Shown: positions 49,352-57,715, counted from the stretch's first letter. The stretch is 64,000 nt of DNA from Thermodesulfobacteriota bacterium (GCA_965200595.1 CBDAUE010000002.1:258896-322895); one strand, 5' to 3'. A program made the numbers and translations. Notes: generated by a model not told the origin, from the letters alone.

Positions 49352-50071
49352 TCACGGTGAGAGCAGAAAACCGGTTTTTCCTGCCTTTGAACCGTTAACA
49401 TAGATGTTTTTTCTCTCGTCAATAGCGACCCTTCCATTTGCAATCAGATCATGGACCACAAAAGGAAACAGCTTCCATTCCCCCTGTTTTCTTATTTTTT
49501 CTTCTATGACTGCCGCATCCTCTGTGCCGAAACCCTCAATGGATATGTCGGCCGACTGGGCGATCACGGTTCCGAATCTTGTTTCAGGGTCGTTTTCAAG
49601 ATAGACAGTGCATCTTATGGTTTTTTCTTCATTCTCTAAAGCCTGGACCCATGCACTTTTTCCTCTCACAAGATAATCTTTGGCCGTGTTTCCGGGGTAG
49701 AGGTTTACGACCCTATTTGCAAATCTCTCGGTAAACAGGTGGCTAAGCCTTCTTCTGTATCCGGCCAGCACAACGATATCCGGTTCAGAAATCTCTTCAA
49801 TGAGGGAAATCACCGCCGAATCGTAAAGCACTCGTCCGCTCTCATCGGAAGGGGCTTTGCCAAGATCTGCAAAAAACTTCGCGGAACTTATGGAAGAGGT
49901 TTTGATCTCGAAATTTTTTGCTTTTGTAAGAACATGGGATTCGGGATCGTTTGAAAAAACATGTTCTATTACTCCATAGTTTTTGTTGTTGTTCTGCTTC
50001 AGTTCCATCTGTCTTGAGTATATTTTCTCGAAATTTGTTCCTCTGCCCGAGGCAAGAACGAAAATTTTCAT
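49352..50071 (-). CDS. purN: Phosphoribosylglycinamide formyltransferase (PurN-like) with a C-terminal extension
   Basis: MKIFVLASGRGTNFEKI…VVLAGY…; about 40 aa longer than E. coli PurN at the C-terminus. Confidence 0.8.
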   Translation of the reverse strand: MKIFVLASGRGTNFEKIYSRQMELKQNNNKNYGVIEHVFSNDPESHVLTKAKNFEIKTSSISSAKFFADLGKAPSDESGRVLYDSAVISLIEEISEPDIVVLAGYRRRLSHLFTERFANRVVNLYPGNTAKDYLVRGKSAWVQALENEEKTIRCTVYLENDPETRFGTVIAQSADISIEGFGTEDAAVIEEKIRKQGEWKLFPFVVHDLIANGRVAIDERKNIYVNGSKAGKTGFLLSP

Positions 50072-50128
50072 CGGCCTGTGGGTATTTGAGTAAATTGGCG
50101 TTATTTGCATTGCTCTTTTTATCGTTTA

Positions 50129-52067
50129 GTTTCCTGACTTCCGCACTTTTGTAACGTAAGTACCTGATATTACACAAGCGGGTTCCCGCTTGTACACTAC
50201 ACAAGAGCTTTTGAGATGTTTATTAGTCAGCCGGGAGTCCCCGGTCTGTTTTTACCAGGAATCCGCAAGCATGGTCTGCCTGCTGAGCACCGCTCCCACA
50301 GCGGAGTAAAGAGATCTCTGCTCCGTGGTGCCCTGAGAAGGTATCAGATACCTCTTATTGGTTCCCCTGTCCACCACCAGGGACGCCTCAACCCTGCCAA
50401 GTTCTGACAGTATGGCCCCTTCACTCATCGGTTCCTTTCCCCCATGATAACAGTTGTGCCTGAACCTCAGTATGCGAAGCAGTACGAATGCCGTAAAACA
50501 GATGGCCATGTGAGCCTCCACTCTCCTTTGAGTCCAGTGAAACACAGGCCTTACAGCCATTGTGTGCTTCATGACACGAAACCCTTCTTCTATCTTCCAT
50601 AACTCCCCGTAACAGTCGTATATCCTGGAGGCATCGTATTTGTCAGCAGGAAGACTGGTCCATACCCCGTGAGGACCGTCAAACTTCTCATCCCTCTCCA
50701 CCGCTTCGGTGTCTACAGACACGGCCCCCGCTTCCACCTTGATGAACCTGCCCCTGCGTCCATTGCCCTTTATCCCCCCTGCTATCCTTCTCTCAAGTTT
50801 CTTTAAAGCCTCTTCCCTGTCCTGCGAGTCTTTCCTCGCTCTCTTCTCGCAGTGACGCAGAACAAGCCTCCGTCCTCCCACTTCCATATCCCCAAGTCTT
50901 TTACCTTCCCCTATCTCTTTCCAGTCACTGTGTGAGAATACCTTCTCGCTGTCCTCCTCGGACATCCCCCGAAGCCTTGCCGCTACAACCCACTCATACT
51001 TATTGCGCTTTAAGACCTCAAGATTCTTTTTGCTCATCATCCCCGCATCCCCCACAAACACCACCCTTTCAAGCTTGATCCTCTTCTTTAACCCCTCTAT
51101 AGCAGGCTCAAGAGTGCTTACATCAGATGTGTTCCCCGGAAACAGCTCATAACCCAAGGGAAGTCCGTCTTTGGTCTGAAACAGTCCCAGCACCACCTGA
51201 ACCCTGTGAGGCTTCCCGTCCTTGCTCCACCCCTTCCTTCGAAGATCGTCTTGCGTGTCGCTTGCAAACGAAAGGGTTGTAACATCGAAAAACACAACTT
51301 CAACCTTTCCTTCAAAAAGTCCCATAACTTCTTTGCTAACAATGCTCTGAAGCTTCTCAGTACGCTTCTCGTCAACCTTGTCCATCATCCTGTACAGCTT
51401 GTCCACAGACACTTCCATTCCAAATTCCCGAGACAGCTTCGCATGGGCTCTTTTGCTCTTCCCAGGTGCCGCAAGACGCATAAGCACTGCCTGACGGAAC
51501 AGCCTGCCCGCCATCTTGTTTCTCGCTCCCCATATCCTGTCAAACCCAAGCTGACTGTACAGTTCTCCAAACACTTCATGAAACCCAAGATTGTAACGAG
51601 CCTCCTCTTCAAGCAATCGGGCATCAACTATGGGCAGGGGTTTGTCCTTCTGCTTTGTTCTTCTAAGCTTTATCAGCTTCTCAGCAGTGTCTTCAGCGGG
51701 GAACAGTGTGGGCTGTACGCTCTGTTCAAGACGGTTCTTCTCCACATGTGCAGCTCGCACAAGAGCGTCAAGAGGTTCTCCCGGGGGAGCGGAGCCCATG
51801 TGACGCACTACCTTCTGGCGTGGCTCACCCTTTGAGTTCCTGTAGGAATGCACTATCTGCACCGATATGTTGACTGTGGTCTGGCGTTTTAGCTGTTTTA
51901 CGAACATGTTGAATATTATAAGGGAAAGCGGAGGCGATGTCGAGCACAAAATTAGACTGAGCACTACAAAACGATTTGAAGCAGGCTGAAAATCAATATC
52001 AAGTAATTACAGGTACTTACGAAACTTCAAAGGCCCGACTTAAAAAAAACATGCTGAAGTCAGGAAA
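50129..52067 (-). mobile_element. IS1634-family insertion sequence
   Basis: Terminal IRs TTTCCTGACTTCCGCACTTTTGTAACGTAAGTACCTG (50130-50167) and the reverse-complement of CAGGTACTTACGAAACTTCA…GAAGTCAGGAAA (about 52005-52067); single 570-aa transposase. Confidence 0.8.
50252..51964 (-). CDS. IS1634-family DDE transposase
   Basis: 570 aa; N-terminal …VQIVHSYRNSKGEPRQKVVRHMGSA… matches the IS1634-family hallmark (…VESYR.GGKVRQRV..NLG…). Confidence 0.8.
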   Translation of the reverse strand: MLSLILCSTSPPLSLIIFNMFVKQLKRQTTVNISVQIVHSYRNSKGEPRQKVVRHMGSAPPGEPLDALVRAAHVEKNRLEQSVQPTLFPAEDTAEKLIKLRRTKQKDKPLPIVDARLLEEEARYNLGFHEVFGELYSQLGFDRIWGARNKMAGRLFRQAVLMRLAAPGKSKRAHAKLSREFGMEVSVDKLYRMMDKVDEKRTEKLQSIVSKEVMGLFEGKVEVVFFDVTTLSFASDTQDDLRRKGWSKDGKPHRVQVVLGLFQTKDGLPLGYELFPGNTSDVSTLEPAIEGLKKRIKLERVVFVGDAGMMSKKNLEVLKRNKYEWVVAARLRGMSEEDSEKVFSHSDWKEIGEGKRLGDMEVGGRRLVLRHCEKRARKDSQDREEALKKLERRIAGGIKGNGRRGRFIKVEAGAVSVDTEAVERDEKFDGPHGVWTSLPADKYDASRIYDCYGELWKIEEGFRVMKHTMAVRPVFHWTQRRVEAHMAICFTAFVLLRILRFRHNCYHGGKEPMSEGAILSELGRVEASLVVDRGTNKRYLIPSQGTTEQRSLYSAVGAVLSRQTMLADSW

Positions 52068-52090
52068 ATGCTGTCTAAAAAAGGGGACCA
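52064..52090 (+). repeat. 27-bp solo fragment identical to the outer tip of the IS3-family IRR seen at 8226-8252
   Basis: AAAATGCTGTCTAAAAAAGGGGACCACC at 52064-52090 matches the reverse-complement of 8236-8263; it supplies the last codons and stop of the truncated IS1182 transposase ORF. Confidence 0.8.
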
Positions 52091-53064
52091 CCGCTGTCGG
52101 CAAGCAGATTCTCAGCCTTGCCAAGCCTCTGCTCATTCTCCTTTAACTGCTCAAGCACGGGCTCTATCTCACGCTTGTCGTTTGTGTTCTGCGTTACATG
52201 CCTGGTCACTATAAGTCTGCTCTCCACATCCACTGCACCCTGAGCGTTGTATGCCTGCTCAAATCCCCCTCCCGAAGGCATTATCCGCGAATCTCCGTCC
52301 ACAAGATTCACCTGATCCTTATCCCTCGGTCTGCTCCCTCCTGCCTTCTTCCCGCTTTGCTTCTCATACTGTTCCCGCTTCTCTACCTTCTCCCCGTACA
52401 CTTCTGACTCCCGCTCATACCTGTGCTTTGCCCGCTCCTGTATCTCACGCTTCGCTTCCCGTCTCTGAAGTTCTTCGGGAACATTCATATCCTCTGGCAG
52501 TTTAGAGTTGTCAGCCTCCCGTGCAAGTCTCATCAGTTCCTTCACTTCTTTGTTCAGCTGCTTTTCTATCTTCCTTGCCCTCTTCCAGCTCAGTGCCTTG
52601 TGCCTGCTCGCATTAGCCTTTATCTTCGTGCCATCCACACTCACCGTGCCCATCCCTATCTGTCCCGCTATCTGCAGTATCTGTACAAACAATACCCCAA
52701 GCTCCTTGCCAAACCTCTTGCGGAACCTGTTTATGCTGTCATGATCCGGATTGCTGTTAGCGCATATATACCTGTACGCCACACTGTCATATGTTGCCTT
52801 CTCAAGCTTCCGGGAAGAGAATGTCCCCGTCGCGTATCCGTAGAACAGAAGAGCCACCTTCATTCCCGGATGATACGCTGCCGACCCCCTGCCCGAATAC
52901 GCTTCCGTCAGCCTTCTCAGATCCAGCTGCTCAACTATCTCCACCACAAACCGGGCAAGATGGTCTTCGGGCAGATACTCTTCTATTGTAGGCGGAAACA
53001 TCTGCGGCGTCTTGCGGTCTGCTGATACAAACCTCCGTCTCATTGTCTTCTCCTTCTCAGACAT
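52075..53064 (-). pseudogene. IS1182-family transposase, C-terminally truncated (ends at LLADSGG where LADAGY is expected)
   Basis: …LPEDHLARFVVEIVEQLDL…GRGSAAYHPGMKVALLFYGYATGTFSSRKLE…DGTKIKANASRHKALSWKRARKIEKQLNKEVKEL…DGDSRIMPSGGGFEQAYNAQGAVD…; 329 of about 460 aa. Confidence 0.75.
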
Positions 53065-53089
53065 CTTGATACCGTTGTTTTAACATTAA

Positions 53090-54082
53090 ATGACCGCTAA
53101 AGCCCGACAGACTCCTAGGCGGATTATTAAAGCTCGTTTCTGGTCAAGCGATAGCAAAACGCCGCAGGCCACTGTCAGTGCCTGTTTTTATTTGGATATC
53201 AAAAAGCATGGGGAGCAGTCGACCTTTGTGAAGGTTGCGCCTGGAAAGTTCTTCCTTCGGGGTGTTCAGCCTGTTGCTGTTTGCGATGCGAAGGAACCGG
53301 AACCAGAAAACGAAAGTGATCCAACCAGCCCGAAAAAAACGTATTCATTTCTGGATGCCGCAGAAAAAGTTCTGGATCACTTTGGCAACCGAAACTCCAT
53401 GCATTATCGGGATATTACCCACAAGGCTATTAATCAGGGCTGGTTGAAAACCTCAGGCAAGACTCCCGAAGCAACAATGAATGCTCAACTTATAACAGAA
53501 ATCAAGCGGACAAAAACCAGCAGGGTGCCCGGGCGGTTTGTGCGCAATTCTCGAGGGCATTACAGTCTCGTCAAATGGATGAAAACAGGCTTGGAGTCTC
53601 AAATTTCCAAACACAATCAGGAAATCCGTAAAAATCTGCTCTCTCAGTTGATGGGTATGAGTCCAGTTCAATTTGAGGAGCTGGTTGGACAGTTATTGGC
53701 TGAGATGGGCTTTGAAAGCATCGAGGTAACCAAAATCAGTCGTGACGGCGGTATGGATGTTCGGGGCACTTTGCTTATCAGTGATGCGGTCCGGATTAAA
53801 ATGGCTGTTCAAGCAAAACGCTGGAAAGCTAATATTCAAAGTCCGATCGTTCAACAGGTGCGCGGCAGTCTTGGCGCACATGAACAGGGGCTGATTATTA
53901 CGACCAGCAAATTCAGCACTGGCGCTAGAAAAGAAGCAAATCAGCCGGACAAAACTCCCGTGGGCCTCATGGACGGAGAACAGCTGGTCTCGCTCCTGAT
54001 GGAATACGATATAGGTGTCCGCCGCATATCACATGACCTTTTCGAGCTGAAGGAACTGCCGACAGAAAAGGAAAATATATAG
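53090..54082 (+). CDS. mrr: Mrr-like type IV restriction endonuclease (HARE-HTH/Mrr_N winged helix plus Mrr_cat PD-(D/E)xK domain), with an about 80-aa N-terminal extension of uncertain validity
   Basis: Mrr_N: …YSFLDAAEKVLDHFGNRNSMHYRDITHKAINQGWLKTSGKTPEATMNAQL…GRFVRNSRGHYSL; Mrr_cat: LSPVQFEELVGQLLAEMGFESIEVTKISRDGGMDVRGTL…KMAVQAKRWKANIQSPIVQQVRGSLGAHEQGLIITTSKFSTGARKEA…. Confidence 0.8.
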   Translation: MTAKARQTPRRIIKARFWSSDSKTPQATVSACFYLDIKKHGEQSTFVKVAPGKFFLRGVQPVAVCDAKEPEPENESDPTSPKKTYSFLDAAEKVLDHFGNRNSMHYRDITHKAINQGWLKTSGKTPEATMNAQLITEIKRTKTSRVPGRFVRNSRGHYSLVKWMKTGLESQISKHNQEIRKNLLSQLMGMSPVQFEELVGQLLAEMGFESIEVTKISRDGGMDVRGTLLISDAVRIKMAVQAKRWKANIQSPIVQQVRGSLGAHEQGLIITTSKFSTGARKEANQPDKTPVGLMDGEQLVSLLMEYDIGVRRISHDLFELKELPTEKENI

Positions 54083-55573
54083 ATGTCTTCATTTCTATCA
54101 TGGGTTGATCATGACTCGAAAGCCAGAGAGCGTACTCTTCGAATTCTTTCCCTTTTTCAGGAAAGGGAAAGCCGTGACGAACTTGGACTTGCTTCGGTGC
54201 GAGACAGCTTTGCAGATCAATTATTCCCCGGCACAAGTACGATCCAAACACGCCTTCGGTACATGCTCTTCGTACCATGGATTTACAATTCCTTAGAAAA
54301 GAAAAGCCTCCCTGCGCCAAGTTTTGCGAATCAGGCTGAAAAGCTTGAAAGAGACCTTGTTCAGCCTTTATATGGATTCAGATGAGGCTGGTGTATTTAG
54401 TAAAACTGCAGGAAAGGGGCTTAAACGGTTGCCCAGTTCTGTATACTGGGCAGGTCTCGGAGCGTGGAGAATACGCCGTACTCAATTCTCACAGGATGAA
54501 TACCATCGGCGCATCGATGAAACCTATAGTCGCAGGAATGACCTTAAGGCTCTTGAGAAAGATGCTAAATCAAGAGGCGATGACATAGACATTGAGCGGC
54601 GTAGCGCCATTTCAAACTGGCATCCAAGCCTGCCATAGCCACCGCAAGATTTTCCAGATAAGGCTGATCTTGATTTGTCCCGGGAGGAAGCCGAATTCAT
54701 TTGTGACTGTATACAGAGGGCTTACCCTAACAGTCTACTCTCTTTTCTGTCATTGAACTCTAAACCAGCTGAAACCAGTGCCCCATGGGAGCATCCCGAC
54801 TACGGCAGCTTTTCCGATGAACATAAAAAACTTCTGACACATGCCAGGCTCTTCTCCGAAGTGATGCACGGCACGGCGCTTTCGTATAACGTCCAACTCG
54901 CCAAGCTTCGAAAGGATGATGAGCTTGTCGAAAGGCATCAAAAAAGTTTCAACAATTGGGTGAAAATCCTTCCTTTAAAGGAAATTGAGGGTTGGCAGCT
55001 GACACAGCTCTGGGATTTGACCGTCGGTCATGGGTACACCATTACTCCACAAATGCGTTCCTTTGTTCAGTGCTGGGTCGATTATACACTCGAATATCCA
55101 GATCCAAACAACCTTCTCTACGATACTGATGCGCTGAATCTTATAAAAAGAAGAGAAATGAGACTTAAAGGCCCGCGTTCCCGTTTTAGAAATCAAAGAG
55201 CGCTAGAACAGTGGGGAGGATCTTCCGGTGTTCGGAAGAAACTAGACTACCGGTGGCCAAATATAAAAGTGCTTCTAGACGACCTTGATCAAGGTATGAA
55301 TCGGTACGAAAAATGCTGAATCCAAACTCCCGAAGCCTATATACTTCCGCATTGACTCCTCCACCGGGAATGATCTTTGACGAAGCTGTTGCAACAACTT
55401 TTTCAATGGATCCCGCTTTACTACTTGAGGCTCCTGTTTATCTGGCGCTAATGGCGGCAGATGGCCAGTCAGATTCAGACCCGTTATTTGTACTTGAAGC
55501 AATCCGGAGATACTCAAAGAAAATCACTGTTTATGTACGTGGTTTTAAGTTCGAAACGCGACATTTGAAGTAA
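54083..55573 (+). pseudogene. Disrupted gene of unrecognised family, translationally coupled to mrr (TAGATG): two frameshifts (about 54330-54385 and about 55313), one in-frame TAG (54636-54638), and 3' truncation by the IS30 IR relic
   Basis: Four consecutive ORF-track fragments (frames 2, 0, 0, 2) read through as one about 497-aa protein; no Walker A motif; an Rx6H motif (RRSAISNWH) sits just before the amber codon; the last codons (…YVRGFKFETRHLK*) are encoded by IS30 IR sequence. Confidence 0.6.
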
Positions 55574-55580
55574 ACTAACA
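55537..55580 (+). repeat. Solo IS30-family terminal IR relic, copy 2 of the 45-bp repeat
   Basis: CGTGGTTTTAAGTTCGAAACGCGACATTTGAAGTAAACTAA versus 41087-41131 (4 substitutions, 1 indel); no transposase follows. Confidence 0.6.
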
Positions 55581-55681
55581 TGAACAGGATTTAGCAAGCT
55601 TGGCTTTAATCGTGACTTTGCTGTTCTCCTCGTTTGTTATAAATTGCTAACAGAGCATCATCCTATCATCGTGGAGGTAGC

Positions 55682-55834
55682 ATGACTGCAAAGATATGGG
55701 TACAAGTAGGTGGTTTTATAGCCGTTTTAGGTTTTCTCTGGAAGCTATCTCAGGATGTGGGTTATCTCCGCGAGAGAATGGTGAAGTTTGAAGCAGCAGT
55801 TAAAGGCTTTCTTAAAGGAAAGCAAAACGGATAA
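55682..55834 (+). CDS. Small (50-aa) single-TM hypothetical protein
   Basis: MTAKIWVQVGGFIAVLGFLWKLSQDVGYLRERMVKFEAAVKGFLKGKQNG; strong SD GGAGG 7 nt upstream of the ATG; below the ORF-track length cut-off. Confidence 0.45.
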   Translation: MTAKIWVQVGGFIAVLGFLWKLSQDVGYLRERMVKFEAAVKGFLKGKQNG

Positions 55835-55952
55835 TGTAATAAAAGATTTCTCAACCTTACATCGCATACCTGTAAGAGCGAATTCTCAGAAGTTGTGCTG
55901 AGCTCAAGGCAACACTTTTAATATGCTTATGGAATCTACATAATCGCTTGAA

Positions 55953-56046
55953 TATGTTGATTTTCTTCCTGTTTTTCGACATGTTTGCTTAACGTGTCGA
56001 TTTTTCTCCTTTTTTCGACACATTCTCCCAATAATGTTGATTTCAT
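55953..56046. repeat. Array of 2.5 related 28-bp hairpin units (7-bp arms, 14-nt pyrimidine-rich loop) immediately 3' of fic
   Basis: ATGTTGATTTTCTTCCTGTTTTTCGACAT (55953-55981), GTGTCGATTTTTCTCCTTTTTTCGACAC (55993-56020; perfect GTGTCGA/TCGACAC arms), partial AATGTTGATTTCATC (56032-56046). Confidence 0.5.
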
Positions 56047-56050
56047 CATG

Positions 56051-57130
56051 CTATCCCTTCAGCACCTGCAATAGCCGCTCATTGATGTAATATACCTCCC
56101 GGCCTGCTTTCACAGGGTGCAGCAGGTCAGCTTCAGCAAAGGCCTTTAGATAGGTCGAGGCGGTCTGTCGCTTGGCCAACCCCCGTTGCTCCAAAAAGCG
56201 GATTCTGCAGTAGGGCTGCTCAAAGATCAGCTTGATCAGTTCCTTGGAATAGGCCTTCGGGGTTTTTGCACGGGAAATCTCTTCTGTCTCTTCCATCAGA
56301 TCCGCAATCTGCTGGATCAGTTCTCGGGTCTCCCTTGCCGTCTCCTTGATGCCCCGTAGCATGAACAGAATCCAGTCCTCCCAAGCCTGCTCTCTGGTAA
56401 CCCGGCGCAACCCTTCGTAATAGTCCCGCTTGTGGCGGACAATGTAGCGGCTCAAACAAAGCACCGGCAGTTCCAGCAAGCCTCGCTCAACCAGATACAG
56501 AATATTCATAATACGCCCGGTTCGACCGTTGCCATCGCTGAACGGATGTATGGTCTCAAACTGGTAGCGCATAACCGGCAGTCGGATTAGGGGATCGAGA
56601 CCGCTTTGCTCGTCGTGGATGAACTGCTCCAGGTTGGCGAGCAACCCCTGCAGCCGCTCCTCACCCTCGGGAGGGGTATAGATGCTTCTGCCTCCACTGC
56701 CGGCCAGTCTGGTGCCAGGCAGCCGCCGGATGCCCATTTGCTTGCCCTTGATCATCTCCGCCAGATCGATAAACAGGTTGGTGCTCAGGGGGCGCTCCCG
56801 CAGCTTTTCGAATCCGCCCCACAAGGCCTGCTGATAGCGCAGGACTTCCCTAGTTTGGGGCGAGGCAGAAGATGCATCGGTGGCGGCTCGGTACAGCTCA
56901 TCCTTGGTGGCCAAGATGTTTTCGATCTCCGAGGAAAGGCGCGCCTCCTGCAGGACCACCGCTTTGATCAGGATATTCTGGTTGGGGATAATATTTCCCG
57001 CGCCCTTAAGTTCCGCCAGCTCGCGGGAGGCGGCCACAGCCTGCCTGAGCACCTGTACTGTCTCTAACGGCACGCCATGCGGCGGCAATGACGGGAGACT
57101 GTTGTAGGGGCGGTCTGAATCGAGACTCAT
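56051..57130 (-). CDS. fic: Fic/DOC-family protein (class II, N-terminal inhibitory helix) with a C-terminal winged-HTH
   Basis: Fic motif HPFSDGNGRTGR; upstream inhibitory motif SSEIEN (S-xxx-E-N); 359 aa; the locally GC-rich composition is a by-eye impression. Confidence 0.88.
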   Translation of the reverse strand: MSLDSDRPYNSLPSLPPHGVPLETVQVLRQAVAASRELAELKGAGNIIPNQNILIKAVVLQEARLSSEIENILATKDELYRAATDASSASPQTREVLRYQQALWGGFEKLRERPLSTNLFIDLAEMIKGKQMGIRRLPGTRLAGSGGRSIYTPPEGEERLQGLLANLEQFIHDEQSGLDPLIRLPVMRYQFETIHPFSDGNGRTGRIMNILYLVERGLLELPVLCLSRYIVRHKRDYYEGLRRVTREQAWEDWILFMLRGIKETARETRELIQQIADLMEETEEISRAKTPKAYSKELIKLIFEQPYCRIRFLEQRGLAKRQTASTYLKAFAEADLLHPVKAGREVYYINERLLQVLKG

Positions 57131-57349
57131 GTCTCCTCCTGACCGGTTTTTATGTCCAGTTCCGAAGACATCAGCTTCGGAGCGGCTTTCAGTTATACTA
57201 TGGATACACTACCGGATTCACCCGAGCAAGAAATGGAAGTGACTGTTTAGAAAAGAAACCGGACGATTAATCTGCTCCGTGGTTTTATGTTCCGGAATCG
57301 GACAGTTTAATTTGAAAATTCCAAGTACAGACTTGACGAAAAGTTCCCT

Positions 57350-57715
57350 ATGAATTCAAGTACAGTTGATCTTGACGAGATACTCAATGACTTCAGCAAA
57401 GTAGCCGAGGAGGCATCCCAAGAGAATTTTCCGGTTCCGCATAAAAGAGCGATAGAAAATGCAGAGTCTTTGATAAAAAGAACCTATGAGATCTTCCCCC
57501 GTCGTTTTGAAGTTTATCCGGACCAGGACGGAGCAATTGCCATTGATATCTACAACGGAAAAGGGAAATCAGTTCTTTTGTTATGTGAATCTAAAGGGGA
57601 AATCCTATTTCTAGCTGATGTGAATGGTGAGAGTTGCCGCAAACGCTATTCGCAATCAGGAATAAAGAAGCTTCCTGACGATTTCATAAAAAGGGCTTTG
57701 AGGCAGCTGCTATAA
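57350..57715 (+). CDS. Hypothetical protein (121 aa), divergent from fic
   Basis: ORF with no recognisable motifs; 220-bp divergent intergenic region shared with fic. Confidence 0.4.
   Translation: MNSSTVDLDEILNDFSKVAEEASQENFPVPHKRAIENAESLIKRTYEIFPRRFEVYPDQDGAIAIDIYNGKGKSVLLLCESKGEILFLADVNGESCRKRYSQSGIKKLPDDFIKRALRQLL

Noticed and set aside
52198-53025. Several + strand ORFs (69-200 aa) antisense to the IS1182 transposase fragment
   Set aside because: They are proline/leucine-rich shadow frames of the transposase coding region.
54324-55319. Possibility that the frameshifts or TAG in the Mrr-partner gene are programmed recoding (frameshifting or stop readthrough)
   Set aside because: Three independent lesions plus a 3' truncation by an IS relic are more parsimoniously gene decay. 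No slippery heptamer or stimulatory structure was noticed at the shift sites.
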